Shown: positions 9,521 through 19,826 of the stretch, in pieces | How positions within the stretch are numbered: the stretch's first letter is position 1 | Layout: each line of letters starts with the position of its first letter | Origin: a virus | Taxonomy: Duplodnaviria > Caudoviricetes | IMG/VR virus record: IMGVR_UViG_3300048995_000004 | Coordinates: 1 to 52,772 of that record | DNA length: 52,772 nt | Reading direction: 5' to 3' (one strand) | The notes under the pieces: model-generated | Database searches by the model: none | Seen by the model: the letters and a program-made list of their open reading frames with translations, nothing else | What the model was told of the DNA's origin: nothing | Program-made: the position numbers and the translations under genes

Positions 9521-9804
9521 TGCCGTACAAGATCAAGGCGGACAAAGCAGGGATGATCGACCACCTGGGCGTGTTCGCAGAGGGCGAGGAGCGCATCTTC
9601 TCGGACGAGGAGATCGAGGCCTTCCTCGCCATGAAGGGCGTACCGGCCCACAGTGCACTGCCGGAAGGGTTCACGGTCTCCAAGTCCTCGAAGAAGGCCT
9701 TGGCCGACCAGGACCTCGAGGGTGACGCCCTCGCCGCGCAGGAGAAGGAAGTCGCCAGGCTCCAGCAGGAAGCCGCGACCAACAAGAAGGCGGAGGAAGC
9801 CTGA
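9520..9804 (+). CDS. Hypothetical protein
   Basis: 94 aa, coupled at both ends, phage-like codon bias. Confidence 0.75.
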   Translation: MPYKIKADKAGMIDHLGVFAEGEERIFSDEEIEAFLAMKGVPAHSALPEGFTVSKSSKKALADQDLEGDALAAQEKEVARLQQEAATNKKAEEA

Positions 9805-10736
9805 TGGCATTCGGAGTCGGTGCTGGCGGTATCATGGGCATCGCCCTGGAGACCGTGTCAGGCACCTACACTGCACCAACCAAGTACGTCCCGTTCAACA
9901 GCGAGTCGCTGACGGTCGCGAACGAGACCAACTTCCGTCGGGCGATCCGCAACTCGCCAGACGTCACCTACGCGGTGCCGGGGAACATCCACCCCGAGGG
10001 TGACATCGAGATGGATGCCTTCGACGACATCCTCCCGTACTTCATGATGGTGTCGCGCATGACGGTCGTGAAGACGGGTACGACACCGAACTTCACCTAC
10101 ACCGGTACGCCGAACGCCCTGGCCGTGCCGGCGAAGACGATGTCGATTACGATCGTCCGAGACGGTATCGTCTTCGGCTACGTCGGCTGCGTCGTGAGTT
10201 CGTTCACGATCGGCATGGACGACGGCACGATGACGTACACCGCCACGATCATGGCCAACGACGAGGCCGTGCAGTCCGCGCCGACTCCGACGTGGCCGAC
10301 GACCACGCCCTACGGCATGGGCATGTACACGATCGAGATCCCGACCGCGTCGACCGTCACGGACACCGACACGTTCGAGTTCCAGGTCGAGGACAACGGC
10401 GAGCCGCAGTTCCGACTCAAGTCGACCGGGCGTGGTGCGAACTTCATCAAGTTCGGCGAGCGCGAGGTGACGCTGTCGGTCGAGCGCGACTTCCAGACGC
10501 GTGTCGAGTACGACGCGTTCAAGGCGGTCACGGCACAGTCGATCCAGATCACGGCCAGCAAGGGAGCGAACAACAACATCGTCCTCCTGTGCGCCGTGAG
10601 CATCAAGGACAGCTACGAGGTCAACCTCAGCGGCCAGGGTGACCTGGTCCGAGCGCAGGTCTCGTACCAGTGCCTCGTCGGTCCGGCCACGCCGTCCTAC
10701 CTGCTGACGGTGAAGGGCCAAGAGGACATCACGTAA
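9804..10736 (+). CDS. Major tail (tube) protein
   Basis: 310 aa Thr-rich; 'GIALETVSGTYTAPTKYVPFNSESL' tail-tube N-terminus. Confidence 0.85.
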   Translation: MAFGVGAGGIMGIALETVSGTYTAPTKYVPFNSESLTVANETNFRRAIRNSPDVTYAVPGNIHPEGDIEMDAFDDILPYFMMVSRMTVVKTGTTPNFTYTGTPNALAVPAKTMSITIVRDGIVFGYVGCVVSSFTIGMDDGTMTYTATIMANDEAVQSAPTPTWPTTTPYGMGMYTIEIPTASTVTDTDTFEFQVEDNGEPQFRLKSTGRGANFIKFGEREVTLSVERDFQTRVEYDAFKAVTAQSIQITASKGANNNIVLLCAVSIKDSYEVNLSGQGDLVRAQVSYQCLVGPATPSYLLTVKGQEDIT

Positions 10737-10960
10737 TGAAGGTGACAGAGCGACTAGCCAGCGGTAAGTTCTGGATGTACTTCTGGCTAGTCGTTCTGGT
10801 TCTAAACGGCGTGTGGGGTTTTGTCACGATGCTAACCCCGCTGCGGTCCAGTACCGTGAATTTGAACGCATTGTCCGTAGAGGCAATTTGGTTGGCTTGC
10901 GGTGCCGGCTTCCAGTCGACACTGAGCATGCGCAAGGCAGATGACAAGGACTCCCTATGA
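10736..10960 (+). CDS. Small two-TM membrane protein
   Basis: TAATG coupling; FWMYFWLVVLVLNGVWGFVTML hydrophobic segment. Confidence 0.6.
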   Translation: MKVTERLASGKFWMYFWLVVLVLNGVWGFVTMLTPLRSSTVNLNALSVEAIWLACGAGFQSTLSMRKADDKDSL

Positions 10961-11028
10961 TTGAGGCGATCATAGGTGCCCTTGAGTTACCGTTCATATT
11001 GAACACTCTGTTCGGAGGGAGAACAGAA

Positions 11029-11406
11029 ATGCCAGTAGCAGTTGTAGTCGCGGAGAACAAGAGGTTCGACCTCAAGACGGCTCCGCCGGATGGCTACGTG
11101 GTCATTCGTCAGATGTCCTACGGTGAGAAGATCCAGCGGACCGGCATGACCGGCGCGATGAAGCTTCTGAAGCAGACCGCGCACTCGGACGTGATCGGTG
11201 AGCTGTCGATGGCCACCGAGAACATCACCTTGTGGGACTTCGCCAACCTGGTGGTGGAGCACAACATGCAGGACCAGGACGGGCGCAACCTCGACTTCAA
11301 GAACGCTGTGGACGTGCGGAAGCTTACGTCCGTCGTCGGTGACGAGATCGGCACGTACATCGACGAGTACAACAACTTCGAGGCGGACGAAGACCTGGGA
11401 AACTGA
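11029..11406 (+). CDS. Tail assembly chaperone (gpG-like)
   Basis: GGAGGGAG SD; ends in the slippery site CTG GGA AAC TGA. Confidence 0.85.
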   Translation: MPVAVVVAENKRFDLKTAPPDGYVVIRQMSYGEKIQRTGMTGAMKLLKQTAHSDVIGELSMATENITLWDFANLVVEHNMQDQDGRNLDFKNAVDVRKLTSVVGDEIGTYIDEYNNFEADEDLGN

Positions 11407-11648
11407 TCGGGCGGATCAGGGCGCATATTGTCCTTGACCGCAAACCGGAAGAGGACGTGGTCGAGGCCGTTAACCTGTATTGGATGTGCGATCAGTTCAA
11501 GCAACTTCCATCACAGGGTAGCGTCCTCGACCAGCCAGCAAGGCTGATGCATCTGTTCGAAGGTATCATGTTTGCGAAAGCTGAACGTGATACCAAAGAT
11601 GCCAAGGAACAGGAGAGGGAGGCGAAGCGTAGTGCCCGCAAGCGTTAG
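11029..11648 (+). CDS. Tail assembly chaperone -1 frameshift product (gpGT-like)
   Basis: G GGA AAC at 11397-11403; the -1 frame is open to 11648 and includes ORF 11457..11648. Confidence 0.85.
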
Positions 11649-14600
11649 GGACCTCCTTCTTCTTATTCGTACGAAGGAAGATGTTTCCCGTGCGATGGAC
11701 AGCATCAGTTCGTCTATGCGTCGTACGTCCGCCGCTGCGAATGCGGCAGCTGCTCGTGCTAGGGCTGCCGCACTCAGGGCTCAAGCTGTCCAGGCTAAGT
11801 CTACTGGTGCTACGAAGGACCAAGTCGAGGCACTACGTTCGTCGGCACGTGCTTGGGATGCGCACGCCAACAAGATCCAGGCGAATGCAAAGCGCCTGGA
11901 GAACATCAAGCAAGCACTCTCTGGTGTAGGCAAAGTCGCCGAGCTGACCGGTATCACTATGGTCGCTGCTGGCGGCTTCATGGCTCTTGGTCTAGGAAAG
12001 GCTGTCCAGACAGCTTCTGACTGGGACAAGCAGGTCCGGCTCACCTTCACCCAGGTGGACAAGAAGTACAAGCCGACACTGAAAGAACTTGGTGACATCG
12101 GTCTTCGTGTCTCCAAGGACATCGCTGTACCGTTCAATACGGTGCAGGACGCACTCTTCGACGTGTTCTCGTCGACTGAAGCTAACCTGCCTCAGGCCGA
12201 AGCCCTTCTGCGATCCTTCGCGAAGGCTGCCGTCGCAGGTAACACTGACATCCAGACCGCGTCGCGTGCGACGATTGGTATCATGAACGCGTACCAGCTA
12301 CCGTTCAAGGATGTCAACAAGGTTCTGGACATTCAGTTCAAGCTCGTCCGAGAAGGCGTTGGTACGTATGAGGAATGGGCCCAACGAATTGGTCTCGTTA
12401 CCCCGTCAGCGGTCCGCGCTGGTCAAAGTCTCGAAACAATGGCCGCGGCACTCTCGACGTCAACTCGTCTTGGCACTTCTGCGGCGCGAGCAGGTACTGC
12501 GGTTGCGCGAGCGTTCGATGCTATGTCGAATCCAAAGACTGAGAAGGCACTAGCCCAGATCAACGTCAAGACTCGTGATGCTAAGGGTAACTTCAGGCCT
12601 CTCGTTGACGTCTTGGGTGACTGGCGCAAAGCTCTCGAGAAGATGCCCAAGGCTGACCGAATCAAGAACATCATCGAGACGCTCAAGGGAGCCGGCTCGA
12701 CGATTGAGGCCCGGCGCTTCCTCCAGAACATGCTGCTCACCAAGGGTGGCCTCGAACTCTTCCAGGACCAGATCAAGACCTTCGCAACTGACAAGGGTGC
12801 CTTCCAGGACGCCTACGCGGAGATGTCCAAGTCCATCTCATCGAAGACTACCCTGCTCAAGAATAGTTGGAAGACGCTCGAGCTGGCAATTGGTCAAGCA
12901 CTACTGCCGATATTCAGCAAGCTGGTCGACGGCCTGCAGCGAGTCACTACTTGGTTCAATAAGTTGACGCCTGGCCAGAAGCATATGATTGCAATGGTCC
13001 TGCTGTTGGTTTCGGGACTCACTATCTTGGCAGGCATTGTACTAGTCATCGTCGGAGGCATTGCTGCTCTGATCGGCACGATTGCTACTGCAGGCGCTGC
13101 CTTCCTTCCCCTAGCTGCGGCAATAGCTGGTGTGGCAGCCATTGTAGCAATCATCACGACAACCATCGTCCTCTTTGCTGCTGGGATGTACATCGCCTAC
13201 CAGAAGAGCTTGCCTCTCAGGAACCTGATGTATGAGGTTTCCCAGACGGTAAAGGATGCCTGGACAAACATCAAGGAGTTTGCTTCAGGACTTTGGCAGG
13301 CCTTTAGCTCACGCGTGTTGCCTCCGCTGCAGCAACTCTGGGGAGTTATCCAGACAAAGGTCATGCCAGCGGTTGCCGGCCTAGTTAGGTGGTTCCGCAC
13401 GGAGCTCATGCCTGTCGCACGAAAGACAGGCGAGTACATCATTACTAACTTGATTCCGGCATTCAACCAGGCAGCGACCTTCATCCGCAGCTATCTGATC
13501 CCTGCGATCAGCCAGGCAGTGGATTGGTGGAACCGTAACAAGGATGCCATCCTTCCCATCATCAAGTTCCTGGCACAGACGATCGCAGTCGGACTTGTCG
13601 TGTCGGCGTGGTTGGCAGGTAAGCTGGTTCAGGGCTTGATCATTGCGGCCCAGTTCAGCATCGCGTTCGGTAAGGTTCTAATCCAGAGTGTGATCGTCCC
13701 AATCAAGTTGGTCTGGGCAGCTATTCAGACTGTCATTGGTTGGCTGAAGAGCCTGTACAACTGGTTCAAGAAGGTTGGCGAAGGCGCTGCCAACGGATTC
13801 AAGTCGGCCAAGCAGGCAGTAACTACCGGTATCAACGCCATCAAGAATATGTTCTCGGGCGCTAGCGGGTGGCTCCTATCCGCTGGTGCTAACATCGTGC
13901 GAGGCCTTACAAATGGTATCCGCGGTAACATCGGGATGATCCGTGCGGCAGGTGCAGCAGCTGCGCAGGCTGCTATCTCTGCTGCAAAGGCAACCTTGAA
14001 GGTTCAGTCGCCATCGAAGGTCTTCAAGGACATCGGCGCTAACGTCGTACGAGGCTTCGTCCTAGGTGTTCAGGGCAACCGGAAGAAGCTGCAGGATACG
14101 TTCTTCGCCTTGGCTCGTGACATCAAGCGAAGCATCAACGCTGCCGACATCAAGAGCTCGGCAAAGAAGTCGATGCTGAACCGTTGGACCAAGACGCTGA
14201 ACAAGAACGAGTTGGCGCTACTGAAGTTGGAGAGCAAGCGTTCGAGCCTCCAGACCAAGTTGGCTGCGGCTACCCAGAGCTATAACGACCAGCTCAAGAT
14301 CCGCAACGACTTGGCAACTGCAATCACCAATGCACTGGCTGCTAGTGCAGACTTGACCAGTCTGGACGATACACAGAAGACCTCAGCTAAGTCGATGGCG
14401 GAGGCAATGAAGATTCGTCTCGACGCGCTGAAGACCTTCCAGGCGAACTTGACGTCGCTAGCGAAGCGAGGTTTCGACAAGCAGACGATTGCAGACTTGG
14501 CAAGTCAGGGAGTCGATCAGGCAGGTCAGATCACTGCAGCGCTTGCAGCCGGTAGCCAGAACGACCTGAATCAGCTCTCGACGATTCAACAGCAGATCCG

Positions 14601-15045
14601 TGCAATGGCAGGCAACACAGGCAACGTGGTTGCTGACAGCTTGTACAAGGCAGGCATCGATGCTGCAGCGGGTCTGATGAAGGGCCTCAACAGTCAGATT
14701 GCAGCCATCACCAAGCAGATGACCGCGATCGCCAATGCACTAGTGAAGGCGATCAAGAAGGAACTGGGCATCAAGTCGCCGTCGAAGGTGATGGCTGCAC
14801 TCGGTGTCAACACGGCACAGGGCTACGCTAACGGTTACCTCAACCACATGAACAAGCAGCAGCGTAGTATGGTACGCGCGAGCATGTTCACTCCTGGTGC
14901 TCCGGGCTACCGTACGCGCGCAACTGCTACTCCTTGGGGTGGCGACCAGAAGACCATCCACAACCAGTTCAACATCAAGACGCAAGAGATCGATCCCCGC
15001 AAGCACTCCGCTGAGCTGGGCTGGGAATTGCAGGGGAGGATGTAG
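11632..15045 (+). CDS. Tape measure protein
   Basis: ~1137 aa, TP901-like core, central TM segments, 'SPSKV' motifs; GGGAGG SD favours GTG 11632. Confidence 0.95.
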   Translation: MPASVRDLLLLIRTKEDVSRAMDSISSSMRRTSAAANAAAARARAAALRAQAVQAKSTGATKDQVEALRSSARAWDAHANKIQANAKRLENIKQALSGVGKVAELTGITMVAAGGFMALGLGKAVQTASDWDKQVRLTFTQVDKKYKPTLKELGDIGLRVSKDIAVPFNTVQDALFDVFSSTEANLPQAEALLRSFAKAAVAGNTDIQTASRATIGIMNAYQLPFKDVNKVLDIQFKLVREGVGTYEEWAQRIGLVTPSAVRAGQSLETMAAALSTSTRLGTSAARAGTAVARAFDAMSNPKTEKALAQINVKTRDAKGNFRPLVDVLGDWRKALEKMPKADRIKNIIETLKGAGSTIEARRFLQNMLLTKGGLELFQDQIKTFATDKGAFQDAYAEMSKSISSKTTLLKNSWKTLELAIGQALLPIFSKLVDGLQRVTTWFNKLTPGQKHMIAMVLLLVSGLTILAGIVLVIVGGIAALIGTIATAGAAFLPLAAAIAGVAAIVAIITTTIVLFAAGMYIAYQKSLPLRNLMYEVSQTVKDAWTNIKEFASGLWQAFSSRVLPPLQQLWGVIQTKVMPAVAGLVRWFRTELMPVARKTGEYIITNLIPAFNQAATFIRSYLIPAISQAVDWWNRNKDAILPIIKFLAQTIAVGLVVSAWLAGKLVQGLIIAAQFSIAFGKVLIQSVIVPIKLVWAAIQTVIGWLKSLYNWFKKVGEGAANGFKSAKQAVTTGINAIKNMFSGASGWLLSAGANIVRGLTNGIRGNIGMIRAAGAAAAQAAISAAKATLKVQSPSKVFKDIGANVVRGFVLGVQGNRKKLQDTFFALARDIKRSINAADIKSSAKKSMLNRWTKTLNKNELALLKLESKRSSLQTKLAAATQSYNDQLKIRNDLATAITNALAASADLTSLDDTQKTSAKSMAEAMKIRLDALKTFQANLTSLAKRGFDKQTIADLASQGVDQAGQITAALAAGSQNDLNQLSTIQQQIRAMAGNTGNVVADSLYKAGIDAAAGLMKGLNSQIAAITKQMTAIANALVKAIKKELGIKSPSKVMAALGVNTAQGYANGYLNHMNKQQRSMVRASMFTPGAPGYRTRATATPWGGDQKTIHNQFNIKTQEIDPRKHSAELGWELQGRM

Positions 15046-15896
15046 TGAACGACTTCGAGTATCGTATGGGAGACGTGGGCACTGTCCTGAATCCCAACAC
15101 CCCTGGACTGCCCTTCTGTGACATCACGAAGGTTGGCGGACTCGATACTCCTGAGATCCGTACATCCGAGCGTGACCACGAAGGTGTCGACGGTGGGTAC
15201 CTCGATGCCGAGTTCGAGAAGATGCGGACGATCACTCTTGAGGGTCAGGTGATTACTGATGGCCTTACTGCCGAGACCTTCCTCGACCAGCTCAAGTACG
15301 AGTGGGCGCCGAGGTCGTCGCCGATCCAGTTCTACTTCCAACACCCGGGAGTCGCGGAGCGGACGATCTTCGTCAAGCCTCTCGGAGTCAAGTACGATGT
15401 CGACTCCTTGCGACGACTCGGATCAGCTGACATCCAGTTCATGTGTCAGGCAGAAGACCCAAGGGTCTACGACAGCAACCTCCTGACGCTCCCAATCAAC
15501 CAGGGGGTGTCAGCAGTTACTGGTCGCGGCTTCCCCAAGAGTTTCCCTTTTGGGTATGGTGCGGCTGTAGATCCTACAACCACCAATGCACACAACTTCG
15601 GCAACCGTCCTACGACGGCGCTGATCAGCATTCCAGGACCGGTAACCAACCCACGCATCGTGAACACTACGTCCGGCGACGAGATGGTGTTCACCATCGT
15701 ACTGGGAGTGGGTGACACATTGGTTATCGATTTGTACAACCGCACAGTCCGCCTCAATGGTACGGCATCGCGGAGGAACACGCTCGTCGATCCGAACTGG
15801 TTCATGCTACAGCCGGGTGACAACTTCCTTCAGTACCGTGCCGACACGACTGGCAACCCTGCAGCATCCATCTCCTACAGGAACGCCTGGAGGTAA
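15045..15896 (+). CDS. Distal tail protein (Dit-like)
   Basis: Follows TMP; 'RTITLEG', 'DPRVY', 'GPVTNPRI', 'LQPGDN' motifs. Confidence 0.8.
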   Translation: MNDFEYRMGDVGTVLNPNTPGLPFCDITKVGGLDTPEIRTSERDHEGVDGGYLDAEFEKMRTITLEGQVITDGLTAETFLDQLKYEWAPRSSPIQFYFQHPGVAERTIFVKPLGVKYDVDSLRRLGSADIQFMCQAEDPRVYDSNLLTLPINQGVSAVTGRGFPKSFPFGYGAAVDPTTTNAHNFGNRPTTALISIPGPVTNPRIVNTTSGDEMVFTIVLGVGDTLVIDLYNRTVRLNGTASRRNTLVDPNWFMLQPGDNFLQYRADTTGNPAASISYRNAWR

Positions 15897-15898
15897 CA

Positions 15899-17215
15899 AT
15901 GGCTCTGAATCAACCCCCAGCCTTCCTACAGAACGCTGGTGCTGTACACAACGCAGACCTCGATCGACAGGCAGTAACGATTGCCCAGTCGGGTCCTCGT
16001 GCGTCGACGTCTCTCGTACCGCGAGGAGGTGTTCACCCGCACCTCGGTGGCCAGATGGCGGTGTCGCAGAACGGTTCGCCGAACATGTCGGTGAACGTTG
16101 CTACCGGCGTTGTCATGATGGCGGGTTCCGAAGGTGCAACGCAGGCCAGCTACGTGGCAGTGGCACCGTCGATCACGAACGTCGTCATCACGGCTGCAAA
16201 CGCCACACTCCCCCGGATCGACTTGATCGTCGTCAACGTTCGTGACTCGGCTTACTCAGGTGCGAACAACGACTGGCAGATGCAGGCGATCGCAGGTACT
16301 CCGAACGCTTCGCCGGTGGCTCCTGCAGCTCCTGCGAACTCGGTCATCCTGGCTCAGGTCCTTGTCGGTGCGAACGTGACCACCATCACGAACGCGAACA
16401 TCACCGACGTCCGACCGTACTCCGCCTACGGCATTATCCTCTGCCGCTCCACAGCGGACTACCCCACCGTAGCACTCGAGGGCATGGTCGTGTACAACGC
16501 GACCGACAACAACCTCTCGGTGTACGACGGCGCTGTCTGGTCGTCAGCGAAGGGTGCCCAGTTCCTCCAGCGAGTCATCGTGACAGTGACGGGATCCTTT
16601 ACGAAGGCCAGCTTCCCTGGTCTGAAGAAGGTTCGTGTGTGCTGCCAAGGTGGCGGCGGGGCTGGCGGCGGTACGGGTACCACTGCAGCTGCAACGACTA
16701 CTGGTTCCGGTGGTGGTCAGGGTGGTGCGTACGCCGAGAGCTGGGTGGACGCTTCCGCGATGGCAGCTTCGGTTACCGTAACCGTCGGTACGGGTGGCGC
16801 AGCTCTTTCAGGTGGTGCGGGCGGTAACGGCAACTCGACGAGCTTCGGCTCAACGGTTATCGCTCCTGGTGGAACTGGTGCAACCGGTAGCGGCGTGGGT
16901 GCCAACACATCGTTCGGCTTGGCTGGCGGTACGGGTGCGCAGGTTATGACTGGCGACTTCCAAGTCAGTGGCGGCGCAGGTCAGTGGGGCGCTCGGTTGG
17001 GTAACGGCACTACGGCTGTTGCAGGTCAGGCAGTAGCTGGTATCGGCGGTTCGAGCTACTTCGGTAACGGTGGCGAGGGCGGCAACGCGACCGGTGGTGG
17101 TGACGGTCGAGGTTTCGGCGGCGGTGGCGGTGGCGTTACGTCCAACCCGTCGAGCGCGACTCGTGCGGGAGGTAACGGCGCTCCCGGCGTGGTAGTATTG
17201 GATCTCTACGTGTAA
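15899..17215 (+). CDS. Minor tail protein/fibre with Gly-rich C-terminal domain
   Basis: 'PRIDLIV' and 'ITNANITD' actinophage minor-tail motifs; GGGGAGG..GGQGGAY Gly-rich domain. Confidence 0.8.
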   Translation: MALNQPPAFLQNAGAVHNADLDRQAVTIAQSGPRASTSLVPRGGVHPHLGGQMAVSQNGSPNMSVNVATGVVMMAGSEGATQASYVAVAPSITNVVITAANATLPRIDLIVVNVRDSAYSGANNDWQMQAIAGTPNASPVAPAAPANSVILAQVLVGANVTTITNANITDVRPYSAYGIILCRSTADYPTVALEGMVVYNATDNNLSVYDGAVWSSAKGAQFLQRVIVTVTGSFTKASFPGLKKVRVCCQGGGGAGGGTGTTAAATTTGSGGGQGGAYAESWVDASAMAASVTVTVGTGGAALSGGAGGNGNSTSFGSTVIAPGGTGATGSGVGANTSFGLAGGTGAQVMTGDFQVSGGAGQWGARLGNGTTAVAGQAVAGIGGSSYFGNGGEGGNATGGGDGRGFGGGGGGVTSNPSSATRAGGNGAPGVVVLDLYV

Positions 17216-17228
17216 GGAAGGAGGCGCA

Positions 17229-18029
17229 ATGAGTGGGTTCCCCTGGAACACGGTTGACATGCTCACGCCGGGCATGAAGCATCTCGGCAACAGCATCAAC
17301 GCAGCGTACCCGAAGCGCGGTCGTACAAGTGACGGCGCTATCGGGGACTACGCTCACACGCAGGAAGACAGCGATCACAATCCTGACGACACCGGTAAGG
17401 GCAATGCCGGGTGGGATGGTGACGCTGACAAGACCAAGGACGTTCGCGCGATTGACGTGGATGTCGATCTGAAGGGTGATGGCAGCGCCAGTCGCACGAA
17501 GCGGAACGCTGACGTCCAGGCGCTCGTGGATCATATCCGCAAGTTGCCGAACATCGCGTCGGTGCTGCGCTACATCATCTACGCGAACACGATGTACCAC
17601 GTGCGGGACAACTTCGAGCCGACCCCGTACGCCGGTGCGAGCAAGCACTACGAACACGTTCACTTCAGCGGTGCCTGGACCGAAGCCGCTGACCAGAACA
17701 CCACCTTCAACTACCGCCTCGAGGAGGTAACTGACGTGCCGATCACCAACGACGACGCGGACCTGTTCATCGCCCGCATGGTCACCCGGATGAAGAACCC
17801 CGACGACGACTTCTGCAAGCAGATGCGGGCCGTCGGCTGGCAGTACAACGGTGGAGGTCTGCCGGAGGCAGACACCACGCTCGATGCGCTCTCGGACGCC
17901 GGCATCGCTCGTCGCATCGCGGAGGAGGCTTCCGCCAAGCTCGACCGCCTCCTGACCTTCCTGCAGGTGCCGGACCAGACGCCGGTGCTGGACGCGACCA
18001 AGGGTCAGCCTTCGGTCAAGAAGGCGTAG
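17229..18029 (+). CDS. Endolysin, M15-like Zn peptidase
   Basis: 'GDYAH..SDHNPD', 'AIDVD', 'YII', 'HYEHVHFS' Zn-ligand pattern of actinophage lysins. Confidence 0.7.
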   Translation: MSGFPWNTVDMLTPGMKHLGNSINAAYPKRGRTSDGAIGDYAHTQEDSDHNPDDTGKGNAGWDGDADKTKDVRAIDVDVDLKGDGSASRTKRNADVQALVDHIRKLPNIASVLRYIIYANTMYHVRDNFEPTPYAGASKHYEHVHFSGAWTEAADQNTTFNYRLEEVTDVPITNDDADLFIARMVTRMKNPDDDFCKQMRAVGWQYNGGGLPEADTTLDALSDAGIARRIAEEASAKLDRLLTFLQVPDQTPVLDATKGQPSVKKA

Positions 18030-18031
18030 TC

Positions 18032-19120
18032 ATGGGCTCCGAAGTTCGCTACGTCTTCGGTGACTTGCTTACTGGGCAGGTGATCGAAGAGATCGACTGC
18101 TCCGGAGTTAGTCTTGGCGATTCGCTCGAAGGCGGCGAATTTCGGGGCACCTTCTACCTCGACCAGACTGGGAAGAACAACGCAGACCTAGCAGCGGCTA
18201 CGTTGCCTGGTAAGAACTTCGTAGTGGTCGAACGTAACAGCGTGCCGGTCTGGGGCGGCCTCGTCTGGTCCAGGACGTACCAGTCGCAAGCTAAGGTTGC
18301 ACAGCTGTACGCTAAGACGATGGATCAGTATCCGTCGAAGCGGTTCATTACTGACGACATCACGTTCACCAATGTCGAGCAACGCAATATCTTCAGGCAG
18401 CTGTACCTCAACATGCAGGCTGACCCGAATAGTCCACAGATAGTCCTGCCACCGATGGCTGCTGACGCTAACCTGATCGACTACAGCGTTGCAGGCTCCG
18501 AGCTGAGGTTCTACCGTGACGCGTTCGACGAACTGTCCACGACGGAGAACGGCTTTGAGTGGCACATCGACATCGCACGTGTCGCAGGCAACTATGTCTG
18601 GACACTGCGAATGGGTGCGCCGACCATCGGCCAGCCCCTAAGTGACAGTAGTATCATCTTCGAGTATCCAGGACCAATCCTCAACTACTGGCAGAACGAC
18701 ACCATCGGCGGTGCCGGCACTAACATCTTTGGTGTTGGTGCTGGTGAGGGTGAAGCCATGGCACAGGTTGAGGTCGTGCACACTGGTCTACTGTCGGCAG
18801 GCTTTCCTCGATACGACCAGTCAGTGTCATTGAAGAACGTTAGCGACCAGGACTCACTGGAAGCTCTGACTCAGATTCAGGCACAGGTGTTGAAAGCACC
18901 AATGCCTGTCTTCACGGTCGAGCTCAAGGGCGGTCGCGATCCAGACTTCGGTGACTGGGCGTTGGGCGATTACAGCAAGCTCGTGATCAAGGATCCGATG
19001 CATCCGAACGGGATGACCCATCCAGCTCGAATCCTGCAGTGGGACTACACACCGCCTTCGGCAGACGGTGACGAAGAGTATCGGCTCACATTCGAAGGGG
19101 AGGACGCAGATGACGGTTAA
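18032..19120 (+). CDS. Minor tail/baseplate hub protein (Gp37/Tal-like)
   Basis: 362 aa; 'VVERNSVPVWGG' and 'WALGD' patterns of siphovirus hub proteins. Confidence 0.7.
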   Translation: MGSEVRYVFGDLLTGQVIEEIDCSGVSLGDSLEGGEFRGTFYLDQTGKNNADLAAATLPGKNFVVVERNSVPVWGGLVWSRTYQSQAKVAQLYAKTMDQYPSKRFITDDITFTNVEQRNIFRQLYLNMQADPNSPQIVLPPMAADANLIDYSVAGSELRFYRDAFDELSTTENGFEWHIDIARVAGNYVWTLRMGAPTIGQPLSDSSIIFEYPGPILNYWQNDTIGGAGTNIFGVGAGEGEAMAQVEVVHTGLLSAGFPRYDQSVSLKNVSDQDSLEALTQIQAQVLKAPMPVFTVELKGGRDPDFGDWALGDYSKLVIKDPMHPNGMTHPARILQWDYTPPSADGDEEYRLTFEGEDADDG

Positions 19121-19826
19121 GCAGCAGCGTACCAAGCCTGACCTAGTCAACCAGCTTGCGGACTTCAACAAGCGTCTCGCTGCATTGGAGACAGCCAACA
19201 GGCTGGGTACTTCATCGGTCGACGCAGGCGAGCTGGCCATCCGTGGTGGTGACGTTACCGTTCGTAGCGACAATGGTAACAAGGTCACTCAGCTTCTCCA
19301 CGGTACGAACCCATCCATTCGGATGTATCCAGGAGACAACCCGACGCCGCTCTATCGGGCGAACATCTTCTCCTGGCTTCCGGCAGATGGTTCTGCACTA
19401 CAGCTGAGTGTCGAACGTAACAACGACGGTGCACAGTTCGGTGGGAAGGTTCTCCTACTTCCGAACGGTGCCTACTACACGGTGCAGCGTCCTGGCAAGC
19501 CTGAGGTGTACATCAGCCTGGCTCAGTTCGGCATCTACGATGAGCACTTCAGATTCCAGGGACGCTGGATCAGCGACGATCAGATCACGTCGGCTGATGG
19601 CATCGTGATGGGGAAGAGTGCCATCGGAGCTGGCTTCGGCGCAGCTGGCTTCGCCTTCATCTACCCATTCGACAGAGTCCCGATCGTCCTGTACAGTTTG
19701 GCAGACACTACAGGTGCCGTTATGCCTGCCAACGGATTGTCCACGCTGGACCAGACGGGCTTCACGGTAGCTTGGGCCACCGGTACAACTGCGAAGACGA
19801 TCTCATGGGTGGCGTTCAGAATATGA
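19110..19826 (+). CDS. Minor tail protein
   Basis: GGGGAGG SD; N-terminal 'KRLAALET' coil, C-terminal beta-rich 'TGFTV..ISWVA'. Confidence 0.7.
   Translation: MTVKQQRTKPDLVNQLADFNKRLAALETANRLGTSSVDAGELAIRGGDVTVRSDNGNKVTQLLHGTNPSIRMYPGDNPTPLYRANIFSWLPADGSALQLSVERNNDGAQFGGKVLLLPNGAYYTVQRPGKPEVYISLAQFGIYDEHFRFQGRWISDDQITSADGIVMGKSAIGAGFGAAGFAFIYPFDRVPIVLYSLADTTGAVMPANGLSTLDQTGFTVAWATGTTAKTISWVAFRI

Noticed and set aside
16640-17200. GGC/GGT-rich stretch as a DNA repeat or DGR target
   Set aside because: Explained by a Gly-rich tail-protein domain; no reverse transcriptase or template/variable repeat pair found
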